Assembly (NCBI GenBank): GCA_963666485.2
Contig: CAXXUO010000004.1
Location: 96,001-160,000, forward strand
Direction: 5' to 3'
DNA: 64,000 bases
Origin: Syntrophorhabdaceae bacterium
Lineage (GTDB): Bacteria; Desulfobacterota; Syntrophorhabdia; Syntrophorhabdales; Syntrophorhabdaceae
Positions 50,795-60,027 of this stretch are shown here, piece by piece. A program made the translations under genes and the position numbers. Under the pieces are notes generated by a model. That model ran no database searches, was not told where the DNA came from, and was given only the letters and a program-made list of their open reading frames with translations. Each line of letters starts with the position of its first letter. Within the stretch, counting starts at the first letter, position 1.

Positions 50795-51288
50795 CGGCGT
50801 ACGGCTAACGGCTAACGGCTAACGGAAAAAATCCCAGTAAATTAATTCGGAAAACAATTCTGACAATTAAGGGATAGGTCTGTGTCAAAGGGGGGATTTA
50901 GAAATCTTAAGGTCTGGCAGCGAAGCAAAGATCTGGCGGTGAGGATATATAGCGTAACAGGTGATGGGAAATTCGAAAAAGATTTCGGTTTGAGAGACCA
51001 ACTGAGGCGGGCCAGCGTATCCATTCCCAGCAATATAGCTGAAGGTGACGAAAGAAATACTGACCGCGAAGCCGTCCGCCATCTCTACATTGCAAAAGGA
51101 TCTGCCGCCGAGTTACTGACCCAACTGATAATAGCCCACGAAATTCGATATTTGGACACGAATTTATTTAAAGATCTCGAAGATGATTGCCTGGCAATTT
51201 CCAGCATGCTTTCAAAATTAATCGCCTCCCGCTCCAAAACTTTCAGAACCGATGAATGTCTTTCCCGTTAGCCGTTAGCCGTACGCCG
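50795..51288. mobile_element. Four-helix-bundle gene cassette bounded by a perfect 24-bp inverted repeat
   Basis: cggcgtacggctaacggctaacgg (50795-50818) is the exact reverse complement of 51265-51288; mobility is inferred. Confidence 0.5.
50882..51271 (+). CDS. Four helix bundle protein (23S rRNA IVP family)
   Basis: FRNLKVWQ, FGLRDQLRRASVSIPSNIAEG, IAKGSAAEL. Confidence 0.92.
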   Translation: MSKGGFRNLKVWQRSKDLAVRIYSVTGDGKFEKDFGLRDQLRRASVSIPSNIAEGDERNTDREAVRHLYIAKGSAAELLTQLIIAHEIRYLDTNLFKDLEDDCLAISSMLSKLIASRSKTFRTDECLSR

Positions 51289-51289
51289 C

Positions 51290-51955
51290 TTACCATTTGT
51301 ACCTATCTTCCATAAACGAATAATACATATACCCAAACCGGTTATACCAATCTTTCTCACCGTAATATTTGGCCTCACACTGGTCGATCTCCTGCAGCAC
51401 GGCTTTCAGTTTATCGGAGAGTTCCTGGTGTTTGTTGCGGTATGCCTTTTCGAAATTCTTGAATGACGCCTCTATCTTGCGCCTTTCCGCCTGCCAGCCA
51501 AGACCTGCCACCCCATGCACGCCCGATACGCTGTCCCCGAACGAAAGGGAACTCTTTGTGAAATCTTCGGTGGCTATCTTGAGTGCCCGGAGCTTTTCGA
51601 AGTTTACTCTCAGCCTGTACAGCTTGTCATATGCGCCTTTATAACAATCCTTGCAGCCGTCCTTCTTCAACTCGTCACAGCTTGTCGGGACCTGGGGCAT
51701 CCCCGGGGGGTTGTAATTCGGGTCCGCCTGCTTGTCGAGGTCGGAAAGAGGTTTGAAACTGTCGAAAAGATTGACGGCGCCTTTCGATATATCCTGTGCC
51801 TGTTTTGACGAGTCATATGCCTTGCCTAAGGTGTCCATACCCTTCCAGAGGTCCTGAATGGGCAATTCGGAAGGGCCGGCAAGGGCACATAACGGTAAAA
51901 CCAGCAATACAGATACAAAAGAAACGACAGTATTTTTTATCATTATCTTTTTCAT
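51290..51955 (-). CDS. Hypothetical exported, helical protein
   Basis: Signal-peptide-like N-terminus, four Cys in the mature part, coiled-coil-like C-terminal half. Confidence 0.6.
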   Translation of the reverse strand: MKKIMIKNTVVSFVSVLLVLPLCALAGPSELPIQDLWKGMDTLGKAYDSSKQAQDISKGAVNLFDSFKPLSDLDKQADPNYNPPGMPQVPTSCDELKKDGCKDCYKGAYDKLYRLRVNFEKLRALKIATEDFTKSSLSFGDSVSGVHGVAGLGWQAERRKIEASFKNFEKAYRNKHQELSDKLKAVLQEIDQCEAKYYGEKDWYNRFGYMYYSFMEDRYKW

Positions 51956-52569
51956 TATCTTCGACCCCGCTTAAGAAATATGATCAGGACGATAAGGATC
52001 GCGGCAAGCAATACGGCAATAATCCAGAGCACTGCCGATCCCATACCGAACCCGCCGCCCATACCGCCCTTCATTTTCTTGTACTCCTCTTTCGGAATGA
52101 AGGCGGGCCTGATAGCCGGCCGGATCTCGTCACCTACCCAGACAACCAGTTGATAGGGCCTCTCACCCTGGGCGGACGCGACAAAGATCTTGAGATCGCC
52201 CTCCGTGCGGAGCTTGAACGTCTGGACGCCTGACCCTTTCGTTGACCCCGACTTCTCCGGCTTTTTCCAATCGAACTTGCACACCTGGAGCGTCAGGTCC
52301 GCGTCCTGGTCCTTCGACAGGAGCGTGACTTCCACCGGCTGCAGGATACCGAGTCCCTCAACGATGAACTTCTCCCCGCCCTGCCCTACGGTTCCCTGCA
52401 AGGCCATGACCTTGCCATTGGGAACCCTGGGGTCCTGCTTCGGCACGATCCTGAATTCCTGGGCCCCTGCATAAACCGGCAAAAGAAAGGCCAGGAGCAG
52501 CAAGAAGGAAAACAACGCGGCCACCGTTCTGCGCAAACACCTGATGTGACGTAAAGGCATTACTTTCAA
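51955..52569 (-). CDS. Hypothetical exported protein with C-terminal membrane anchor; start uncertain
   Basis: Signal-like segment ending VYA; C-terminal hydrophobic helix followed by KRGRR; stop overlaps the next ATG. Confidence 0.6.
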   Translation of the reverse strand: MKVMPLRHIRCLRRTVAALFSFLLLLAFLLPVYAGAQEFRIVPKQDPRVPNGKVMALQGTVGQGGEKFIVEGLGILQPVEVTLLSKDQDADLTLQVCKFDWKKPEKSGSTKGSGVQTFKLRTEGDLKIFVASAQGERPYQLVVWVGDEIRPAIRPAFIPKEEYKKMKGGMGGGFGMGSAVLWIIAVLLAAILIVLIIFLKRGRR

Positions 52570-52723
52570 GGAGCAACTCCTTTAGACATTATTGAAGTTG
52601 AGTTTTGAAATTTATATCCCGCGGGGGAGGAAGTGTCAACAGGGATGCGTTGCTTTATGGTGAGAACTATATGATGTATGACGTACATAGTCAATATCAT
52701 TGAACATAAAGGATAAAAGACAC

Positions 52724-52750
52724 TGGATTCCGGCTTTCGCCGGAATGACG
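52724..52750. repeat. REP-like hairpin
   Basis: tggattccggctttcgccggaatgacg. Confidence 0.85.
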
Positions 52751-52774
52751 GGTGGTTGGTTGGAAAAGAAAAAC

Positions 52775-53169
52775 CTTGTATGATACTCCCCGTGGAATAT
52801 CACGAACAATCCATGATAGAAAAGAGAAAAAGGTTGCCGGTGTGGCAGGCCGTAAAAACCAGGGGATGATATCCCGTATCCAAGCTCGGGCCGCCACACC
52901 TTCTCCTTACAAACCCGGACAGTTGCAGGGGACTCGTACCAGGAGATCCCGCATTGCACAAGGAAGGGACACGGGAAAAAGGGGTGATATCATGGACGAC
53001 GTCTTCATCGGGATCGACATATCGAAAGAGCATTGTGACCTCGCGGTCATACCGGGCGGCACGCAGAAGAGGTTTACAAACGACGAGGAGGGCCACGAGG
53101 CGATCCTTGCCTTCGTACTTCCTCTCAACCCTTCCCGCATCGTCATCGAGGCGTCGGGAGGATACGAGA
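52775..53169 (+). mobile_element. Truncated IS110-family element (left end, bridge RNA region and 5' part of the recombinase)
   Basis: Left junction CT|TGTATGAT, a structured non-coding leader, then a DEDD recombinase N-terminus. Confidence 0.8.
52830..52975 (+). ncRNA. Putative IS110 bridge RNA (boundaries approximate)
   Basis: Stem ggtgtggc/gccacacc encloses TAAAAACCA, hairpin gggat-gat-atccc and ATCCAAG. A second loop contains GGACAGTTGCA, gggactc/gagatccc and ACAAGG. Confidence 0.7.
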
Positions 53170-53231
53170 TGGGAGCAGGGAAAAATTTGGGGGACGTCCT
53201 TAAGAAAGTAAGAAACTCCTCAAACAACTAA
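52992..53231 (+). pseudogene. IS110 recombinase fragment (about 60 homologous codons)
   Basis: MDDVFIGIDISKEHCDLAV...FTND...IVIEASGGYE; similarity ends where a foreign repeat begins. Confidence 0.85.
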
Positions 53232-53401
53232 ACGGACCGCCCTGTCGTTATTATCCCCGGACCGGGTGATTTTAAGTTACTTACTTTCTTAAGGACGTCC
53301 CCTTTGCCTTTATAAGTTACTTACTTTCTTAAGGACGTCCCCTTTGCCTCGGACCGGGTAATTCTAAGTTACTTACTTTCTTAAGGACGTCCCCCTTGCC
53401 T
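53189..53401. repeat. About 37-bp repeat: one forward partial copy and three inverted copies
   Basis: ggggacgtccttaagaaagtaag at 53190; taagttacttactttcttaaggacgtcccc(t/c)ttgcct at 53273, 53313 and 53365. Confidence 0.9.
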
Positions 53402-53404
53402 TTA

Positions 53405-53424
53405 CGGCTTCCGCCGGAATGACG
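53405..53424. repeat. Partial REP-like hairpin lacking its TGGATTC start
   Basis: cggcttccgccggaatgacg. Confidence 0.75.
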
Positions 53425-53475
53425 AGGGTGTGGTTGGATTCCGAATTCCGAGACTGTATCCCAATTCAAAAAGGT

Positions 53476-53598
53476 CGTCATTCCGGCGCTTGACGCCGGA
53501 ATCTAAGGTTTTTCTTTTAGGTCTTTCCATAAAAATGGAACCGGGACAAACTAACAAAAATCAAACCTTGGATCCCGGTGTCAAGCACCGGGATGACG
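53476..53598. repeat. Inverted doublet of REP-like hairpins (REPIN/MITE-like)
   Basis: cgtcattccggcgcttgacgccggaatct ... tggatcccggtgtcaagcaccgggatgacg. Confidence 0.8.
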
Positions 53599-53739
53599 AA
53601 GAAGGCTTATTCGGGCGGGTGTAGACTAACGGCTTACCGCGAGCGGTTTGCGGTGTACGACGAACGAGTGGGTGAGAAATTGTGACACAGCCTTCGCCGA
53701 AGTGCCAGGTAAGGGTAAGTCGTTTCCGTTCGTCCCCAA

Positions 53740-53780
53740 CCGCTCGCCGTTAGCCGTTAGCCGTACGCCGTTAGCCGTTA
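53740..53780. repeat. 7-bp CCGTTAG tandem array overlapping the stop of the FAD oxidase gene
   Basis: ccgctcg ccgttag ccgttag ccgtacg ccgttag ccgtta. Confidence 0.85.
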
Positions 53781-55144
53781 AATATCTTCCCCGGGTTCAA
53801 TATATTATTCGGGTCGAAGAGGGCTTTGATCGACTTCATGGCCGCAATCACGTCGGCGGACAATTCCATATCGAGGTATGCCGATTTCGCTATGCCGATG
53901 CCGTGTTCACCCGAAAGCGTGCCGCCAAGGCGAACAGTCTCAGCGAAGATGTCCTTGACCGCCAGCTCTGCCTTGTGGCGGTCTTCGGGGGTATCTTTTA
54001 TCATGATGCTCACGTGAAAATTGCCGTCACCCGCATGGCCAAAACTCAATATAGGTATCTCGTACTTTTTCTCGAGGGCCTCAAGTATCCGGATCAGAGA
54101 AGGGATGTGAGAACGGGGAACGACCACGTCCTCAGCTATCTTGACCGGGTTCAGATTATACGTTGCCTGGGACAGGACGCGCCGGGCCTGCCACAGTTTA
54201 TCCGCCTCGACCGGGTCCCGCGTCACATCGCACTGCAGGACATTCTGTTCGGCCAATATCGCGCGTATCTTTTCGACCTGCGGCCCTACGGACTCCTCGT
54301 GGCCGTCAACCTCGATAAGGAGCAACCCGCCCACATTCTCGGGCAACCCCATGGGGGAAGCCTTTTCGCTGCAGCGGACGGAAGCCCTGTCCATGAACTC
54401 TATCGTCGACGGTATCACCTTTGCCGCAATGATGGCAGACACGGCCCGGGCGGCATCTTCGACTTCACTGAAGAGCGCGAGTATGGTTGCCTTTGCTTCG
54501 GGCATGGGGAGAAGCTTCACGATGATCTTTGTGATCACCCCGAGAGTGCCTTCACTTCCCACGAAAAGGCGCGTCAGGTCATACCCGACAACCCCTTTCA
54601 TCGTGCGCACGCCCGTGTTGAGGATCTCGCCCGTCGGTTTCACCACCTCGAGCCCGATGACATAATCGCGTGTAACACCGTATTTGAGAGAATTCGGCCC
54701 GCCGGCACACTCGGCGACATTCCCTCCTATGCTCGAATACTTGTACGACGCAGGGTCCGGCGGATAAAAAAGGCCGTACTTTGCCGCTTCCTGCTGGAGG
54801 GCGAACGTGACGACCCCCGGTTCGACGACGGCGATGAGATTCTCCTGGTCTATCTCGAGGATCCGGTTCATTCGCGTGAAAACGAGGATAACACCTTCGA
54901 CAACCGGAGTGGAACCGCCTGTCAGGCCCGTACCGGCCCCCCGCGGGATAACGGGAAACATGTGCTGGTTGGCGAGCTTCAGGATCGCGGACACTTCCTG
55001 CGCTGAGGACGGAAACACGATGAGTTCCGGCACGATCCCGTCCGTTCTGGCATCATACGAATAGCACCTGCGTTCCTCAAGTGAATCGACCACATTCTCC
55101 TTGCCGACTATCTTTCTTATCTCTTCAATGACCCTGCTATCCAC
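53771..55144 (-). CDS. FAD-linked oxidase/dehydrogenase, GlcD / D-lactate dehydrogenase family
   Basis: Likely GTG start at 55144; PRGAGTGLTGG, YPPDPAS, SEGTLG, GHAGDGNFH, SGEHGIG, NPGKIF. Confidence 0.9.
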   Translation of the reverse strand: MDSRVIEEIRKIVGKENVVDSLEERRCYSYDARTDGIVPELIVFPSSAQEVSAILKLANQHMFPVIPRGAGTGLTGGSTPVVEGVILVFTRMNRILEIDQENLIAVVEPGVVTFALQQEAAKYGLFYPPDPASYKYSSIGGNVAECAGGPNSLKYGVTRDYVIGLEVVKPTGEILNTGVRTMKGVVGYDLTRLFVGSEGTLGVITKIIVKLLPMPEAKATILALFSEVEDAARAVSAIIAAKVIPSTIEFMDRASVRCSEKASPMGLPENVGGLLLIEVDGHEESVGPQVEKIRAILAEQNVLQCDVTRDPVEADKLWQARRVLSQATYNLNPVKIAEDVVVPRSHIPSLIRILEALEKKYEIPILSFGHAGDGNFHVSIMIKDTPEDRHKAELAVKDIFAETVRLGGTLSGEHGIGIAKSAYLDMELSADVIAAMKSIKALFDPNNILNPGKIFNG

Positions 55145-55196
55145 GCCGCCCTCTTTAAAGGTTATTTTCAGCGTGAATATAACATATAAAGACCTT

Positions 55197-55316
55197 TGTT
55201 CCAAGTTCCACGTTCCAGGTTCCACGTAAAAGAAATGTACGACTGACGTATCAGTGTTACAATCTCTGCCCGCAGCCATTCTTTAGCGTGGAACCTGGAA
55301 CGTGGAACCTGGAACC
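55197..55316. repeat. Inverted pair of 7-bp TGGAAC(C/G) arrays
   Basis: (n)gttcca x4 at 55197-55224 and tggaac(c/g) x4 at 55289-55316. Confidence 0.85.
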
Positions 55317-55388
55317 GTTCTTACCTTTGTTTTCGTTTGCTTTTTTGCCCATGCACGGGTTATTTTCAATAAATACTCAGGAGGCGGG

Positions 55389-55790
55389 ATGAAAAAGGTC
55401 GCGGTCGCGTTATTGTTGTTTTTTGCAATCTTATTGCTGGCGGGGAACGTTAAGGCGGCACCCGATGCCTTCGACACGGTTGACACGAACAAGGACGGCT
55501 ACATAACGAAGGATGAATTTGAATCGCATATCAAGTCCAGGTTCAAGGAATACGATACGAACAAGGACGGAAAAATAGATGCAGACGAATTCGGGGTTAA
55601 AAAGAACCCTGAAGCAGTCAAAGAGTTTGGATATATGGACAAGAACAAGGACGGTGTCGTCAACGCCGAAGAGTTCTACAGGGCGGCCCTTCAAAGGCGC
55701 GACCAGATGGACCTCAGCAGCGATGGAAAACTAAGTCGGGAAGAATATAATTCAAATAAAACTCTGCCATTCCTGCAATTTTACTTTTGA
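55389..55790 (+). CDS. Exported EF-hand calcium-binding protein
   Basis: ATG after AGGAGG, signal peptide; DTNKDGYITKDE, DTNKDGKIDADE, DKNKDGVVNAEE, DLSSDGKLSREE. Confidence 0.85.
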   Translation: MKKVAVALLLFFAILLLAGNVKAAPDAFDTVDTNKDGYITKDEFESHIKSRFKEYDTNKDGKIDADEFGVKKNPEAVKEFGYMDKNKDGVVNAEEFYRAALQRRDQMDLSSDGKLSREEYNSNKTLPFLQFYF

Positions 55791-55892
55791 CACGTACCGG
55801 GGCAAGGGAATACCGATATCTGCTGCCATAGTTATGGCATGGTCGAACGGTAAACATACCGTCGTCCATATCCGGATAAACATGGCGCCTCT

Positions 55893-57500
55893 ATGAAACC
55901 TGACAAGACACCCGACCAAAAACATATCTTTAGCGCCCTCGGCGACAGTTTCTTTCGCATGCTCTGGATAGCAAACGTGATGTCACTGGTCGGGTCATGG
56001 ATGCATGAGACGGCAGCGGCGTGGCTTATGACGTCGATGACAGTGTCGCCGGTGATGGTCGCCCTGCTCCAGACTGCGATGACTCTGCCCTTTTTCCTCC
56101 TGGCATTGCCCGCAGGCGCCCTGGCGGATATCATCGATCGCAGGAAGATCCTGATCGCCGCACAGACGATAATGCTCCTCGCTGCGTGTGCACTGGGAAT
56201 ATGCACACTGACCGGCGCCGTTACGCCGGTCGTCATCCTCGTCCTGACATTTGCGCTCGCCATTGCGGCGGCGGTCAATGCGCCTACGTGGCAGTCGATA
56301 ATACCGGAGCTTATAACACGCGACCGGCTGCAGTCGGCGGTGACGCTGGGTTCCGTCGCTTTTAACGTCGCGCGCGTTGCCGGCCCTGTTCTCGGTGGTC
56401 TTTTTCTTGCGCTGACGGGCCCTGCATCGGTGTTTTTCATCAACGCACTTTCATTCACGGGCGTGATCTTCGCCCTTATGCGCTGGCGATACAGGCAGCC
56501 GGAGCAGTCTCTCCCGGCCGAGCGTTTTTTCGGCGCGATCAGGACAGGCGTGGGCTATGTCAGGCATGTTCCCCAGGTCAAGACCGTTCTTCTGCGCATG
56601 GCCATCTTTTCTTTCTTCGGCGGCTCCCTCTGGGCGTTCCTGCCAATCATCGCGCGTGTACGGCTGGATCTCAGCCCTTCGGGTTTTGGTTTTCTCATGT
56701 GTTTTTTTGGAATCGGCGGCCTTGCCGGAGCGGCCCTGCTTCCCGTAGCCGGTCAGGCCTTACGGCTTAAAACCCTTGCCAATTGCGCGACCCTGCTCTT
56801 TGCCGCTTCAATAGCCATCCTGTCTTTCTCGTGGCATTTCTGGCTGACATCCCTCGCCCTCGTCATTGGAGGGATCGCCTGGCTGGTCCTCATTTCCACA
56901 TACAATACAGCAATATTGTCCATTGTCCCGTCCTGGGTAAGAGGACGCGTCATGTCCGTATTTATGCTCGTCTTTTTCGGTCCCTTCGCGGTGGGGAGCG
57001 CATTGTGGGGTTTTTTAGGTTCATGGCTGGGGATAACCGCCACCCTCGCGCTGACATCGATCTTTACGGCCCTCGGCACGATCGTAACAATGCGGATGCA
57101 ATTGTCGGAACCGCACGGCATTGACCTGACGCCGTCGGAGCACTGGCCCCAGTTCACAGGTGAGGTCGAGCCCGCCCTTCACGAGGGGCCTATCCTGGTC
57201 GTTGCGGAATATACCATTGATCCGTCCCACATTGAGGAATACCTGAGAGCGGTATCGTCCTTACGAACGATCCGCAGACGGGATGGCGCCTTCAGGTGGA
57301 ACCTCTTCAAGGACGCCGAAGACCCCTACCGTTTCATCGAGTCATTCCTCGTTGAATCGTGGGCCGAATACATGCGGCAAAAGGAACGGTTCACGGTATC
57401 GGACGGCGGTGTTGTCGATACGGTCCGCTCGTGCCAGAAAGACGGCGAGCCCGTAATAATACGCCACTTTGTGGCCCAGCCGCTGAAACGGGAAAAATAA
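55893..57500 (+). CDS. MFS transporter with C-terminal soluble domain
   Basis: About 12 hydrophobic segments, GALADIIDRRK, FNVARVAGP; tail RRRDGAFRW. Confidence 0.88.
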   Translation: MKPDKTPDQKHIFSALGDSFFRMLWIANVMSLVGSWMHETAAAWLMTSMTVSPVMVALLQTAMTLPFFLLALPAGALADIIDRRKILIAAQTIMLLAACALGICTLTGAVTPVVILVLTFALAIAAAVNAPTWQSIIPELITRDRLQSAVTLGSVAFNVARVAGPVLGGLFLALTGPASVFFINALSFTGVIFALMRWRYRQPEQSLPAERFFGAIRTGVGYVRHVPQVKTVLLRMAIFSFFGGSLWAFLPIIARVRLDLSPSGFGFLMCFFGIGGLAGAALLPVAGQALRLKTLANCATLLFAASIAILSFSWHFWLTSLALVIGGIAWLVLISTYNTAILSIVPSWVRGRVMSVFMLVFFGPFAVGSALWGFLGSWLGITATLALTSIFTALGTIVTMRMQLSEPHGIDLTPSEHWPQFTGEVEPALHEGPILVVAEYTIDPSHIEEYLRAVSSLRTIRRRDGAFRWNLFKDAEDPYRFIESFLVESWAEYMRQKERFTVSDGGVVDTVRSCQKDGEPVIIRHFVAQPLKREK

Positions 57501-57505
57501 GGTCT

Positions 57506-58333
57506 CTATGTGAAGTTCTTGTAATATTGCTGTGCGAACGGCGCTATGGCCTCTACAAAACCATCCTGTTCTTCCCAGTCCATCGTCCTGAAAGACCGTG
57601 CAAAGTAGACGTTCTGTTCAAGCTGCTCCATCGTGTCGCAACCTATGACGGCAGTCGTAATACGCTGAGACAGGGCGTACCGGAAAAATGCCTCCATGGA
57701 TGTGTAAAACGTCAGCTTTGAGGTAAAGCCGCGGACATATATCTTCATTCCGATAATGCCGACATCTCTTCCGGCCGCCATCGTCACGATATCTTCAAGA
57801 TGATTCTTGCCCGAAGCTTCGGCAGGGTTGACGGGAATATGTATCGTATCGAAGTCGAACCGGTCAAGGCATTCACTGATGACGCGCAGGTCCCCGTGCC
57901 CGCCTATGCCGACAAAACGCGTATAGCCTTTCTCTTTTGCTTCGATAAAGGCTTCGATGGCCCCTCCGGGCGCAAAGACCGCGTTCATGGCGTTCTTGTC
58001 GCCGACATCGTGTATCTGCCAGAGATCGAGATGGTCGGTCTTGAGTTCTTGCAGTGTCGCTTCGAGGTCCTTCAGGGCACCTTGTTTCGTCCTCTCTTTT
58101 GACTTGCTCGTGAGAAAGACGTCCTTCCTTCGCTCGCGGAGCGCTTTGCCGTAATATTCCTCGCTTCCGTCGTATGAGCGCGCCGACTCAAAAAAGTTGA
58201 TGCCCAGGTCGAGTGCCTTGTTGATCAGCTGATATGCCTCTCGATCCTTTCCCTGGCTCCGCAGAAGGCCCTCCCCGCCGAGCCCGATGATCGTCGCATC
58301 AAAATTTGTCCTGCCGAGTTTTCTCTTTTCCAA
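57506..58333 (-). CDS. Aldo/keto reductase
   Basis: RKLGRT, GINFFESARSY, FLTSK, DHLDLWQIH. Confidence 0.85.
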   Translation of the reverse strand: MEKRKLGRTNFDATIIGLGGEGLLRSQGKDREAYQLINKALDLGINFFESARSYDGSEEYYGKALRERRKDVFLTSKSKERTKQGALKDLEATLQELKTDHLDLWQIHDVGDKNAMNAVFAPGGAIEAFIEAKEKGYTRFVGIGGHGDLRVISECLDRFDFDTIHIPVNPAEASGKNHLEDIVTMAAGRDVGIIGMKIYVRGFTSKLTFYTSMEAFFRYALSQRITTAVIGCDTMEQLEQNVYFARSFRTMDWEEQDGFVEAIAPFAQQYYKNFT

Positions 58334-58356
58334 ATTATCAGCCTTCTGAGTACGTT

Positions 58357-60027
58357 TTAATCCAGGTCCCGTTTAAAAACCGCCCCGCCCGCTGCCGAGG
58401 TTACCATCGCGGCATATCGCGCCATGTAGCCTTCTTTGATCTTGGGCTCGGGCCTCTTCCAGGCTTTCCTGCGCTTCTCGAGCTCCTTTTTTTCCACCTT
58501 GAGGTCGATCGTTTTTTTAACGAGGTCTATCTCAATAATATCGCCATCTTTTACAAGTGCGATCGGGCCGCCTTCCGCTGCTTCGGGTGACACATGCCCG
58601 ATGCACAGGCCCCGTGTCCCCCCCGAAAAACGGCCGTCCGTGATGAGGGCGCATTCCGCGTCGAGGCCCCTGCCTGCCAGGATGCTTGTCGGGGTCAGCA
58701 TTTCCCGCATGCCGGGACCGCCCTTCGGCCCTTCGTACCGGATGATGACCGCGTCTCCCGGCACGATCTTGCCGCCCATGATCGCTTTGCCTGCTTCTTC
58801 TTCGCTCGCAAAAATACGGGCCTTCCCCGTGAAATGCCAGATGTTCTCGTTGACACCGATCCGCTTGACGATCGATCCTGCCGGGGCAAGGCTCCCGGAA
58901 AGCACGGCCAGTCCGCCCTTCTCGTGGTAGGCGTTTTCCAGCGTGCGGATCACGTCGCGGTCGCTTGCGGCGACATTTTTAAGGAGTTCCGTAAATGACC
59001 TGCCGGATACGGTCCGGCATGATTTCCGGATAAGATTGCGGCGGGTCAATTCTTTCATGATAGCGTAAACACCGCCGGCCTCGTTGAGGTCTTCCAGGTG
59101 ATGCGGACCGGCAGGGCTCATATTGCAGATATGCGGGACCTTTTCAGATATCGCGTCGAAAATGCTTAAAGGGAGATCAATCCCGCCCTCGTGCGCGATG
59201 GCCGGTAAATGGAGCGCTGTGTTTGACGACCCGCCGAAGGCCATGTCGACGGAGATGGCGTTTTTGAATGCATCGAGGGTCATGATGTCCCTCGGTTTCA
59301 GGCCTTGCCTGATCGTATTGACTATGGCCATACCCGTTTCCTTGGCGAGCCGTATCCGCGCTGCATGAACGGCGGGGATCGTCCCGTTCCCCGGAAGTGC
59401 AATGCCTAACGCCTCGGAAAGGCAGTTCATGGAATTCGCCGTGAACATCCCCGCACACGAACCTGCGCCGGGGCACGCGCATTCTTCGAGCATTGCCAGT
59501 TCATTCTTATCCATGAGGCCCCCGGCAACCTTGCCCACACCCTCGAACACCGTTATAAGGTCGACCGGTTTGCCCTTGAAGCGTCCTGCCAGCATAGGGC
59601 CGCCGCTGACCATAATCGCCGGGATATTAAGGCGCATCGCGGCCATCATCATGCCGGGAATTATCTTGTCGCAATTGGGGATCAGGACAAGCCCGTCAAA
59701 CGGGTATGCCCTGGCCATCACCTCTACTGAATCGCATATGAGTTCGCGCGACCCGAGGGAATACTTCATGCCCTCGTGGTTCATCGCGATGCCGTCGCAG
59801 ATCCCGATAGTTGAAAACTCCATCGGTGTCCCGCCGGCCATGCGGATACCGTCCTTGACTGCCTGCGCGATCTTGTCGAGATGGATGTGCCCCGGAATGA
59901 CCTCATTCTTCGCGCTGGCAATCCCGATGATCGGCCGCGCGAGTTCTTCCTTTAAATATCCCATAGCTCCGAAAAGGCTCCTGTGCGGCGCCTTCTCAAG
60001 ACCTTTTTTCATTTTGTCAGACCTCAT
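58357..60027 (-). CDS. ilvD: Dihydroxy-acid dehydratase
   Basis: Likely start ATG at 60027 after [46 protein letters not shown]. Confidence 0.95.
   Translation of the reverse strand: MRSDKMKKGLEKAPHRSLFGAMGYLKEELARPIIGIASAKNEVIPGHIHLDKIAQAVKDGIRMAGGTPMEFSTIGICDGIAMNHEGMKYSLGSRELICDSVEVMARAYPFDGLVLIPNCDKIIPGMMMAAMRLNIPAIMVSGGPMLAGRFKGKPVDLITVFEGVGKVAGGLMDKNELAMLEECACPGAGSCAGMFTANSMNCLSEALGIALPGNGTIPAVHAARIRLAKETGMAIVNTIRQGLKPRDIMTLDAFKNAISVDMAFGGSSNTALHLPAIAHEGGIDLPLSIFDAISEKVPHICNMSPAGPHHLEDLNEAGGVYAIMKELTRRNLIRKSCRTVSGRSFTELLKNVAASDRDVIRTLENAYHEKGGLAVLSGSLAPAGSIVKRIGVNENIWHFTGKARIFASEEEAGKAIMGGKIVPGDAVIIRYEGPKGGPGMREMLTPTSILAGRGLDAECALITDGRFSGGTRGLCIGHVSPEAAEGGPIALVKDGDIIEIDLVKKTIDLKVEKKELEKRRKAWKRPEPKIKEGYMARYAAMVTSAAGGAVFKRDLD

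Noticed and set aside
50882..51271. Diversity-generating retroelement or a true 23S rRNA intervening sequence
   Set aside because: No reverse transcriptase, no TR/VR pair and no rRNA sequence in the window
52752..52991. First 80 codons of the 159-aa ORF 52752-53231 as protein
   Set aside because: IS110 similarity begins at ATG 52992; the upstream part is better explained as structured non-coding RNA
53273..53401. Three ~37-bp direct repeats resembling a CRISPR array
   Set aside because: Spacers are only about 3 and 15 bp and one repeats upstream sequence; an inverted copy is present and there are no cas genes
53648..55006. 452-aa plus-strand ORF
   Set aside because: Antisense shadow of the well-supported FAD oxidase gene; no recognisable motifs
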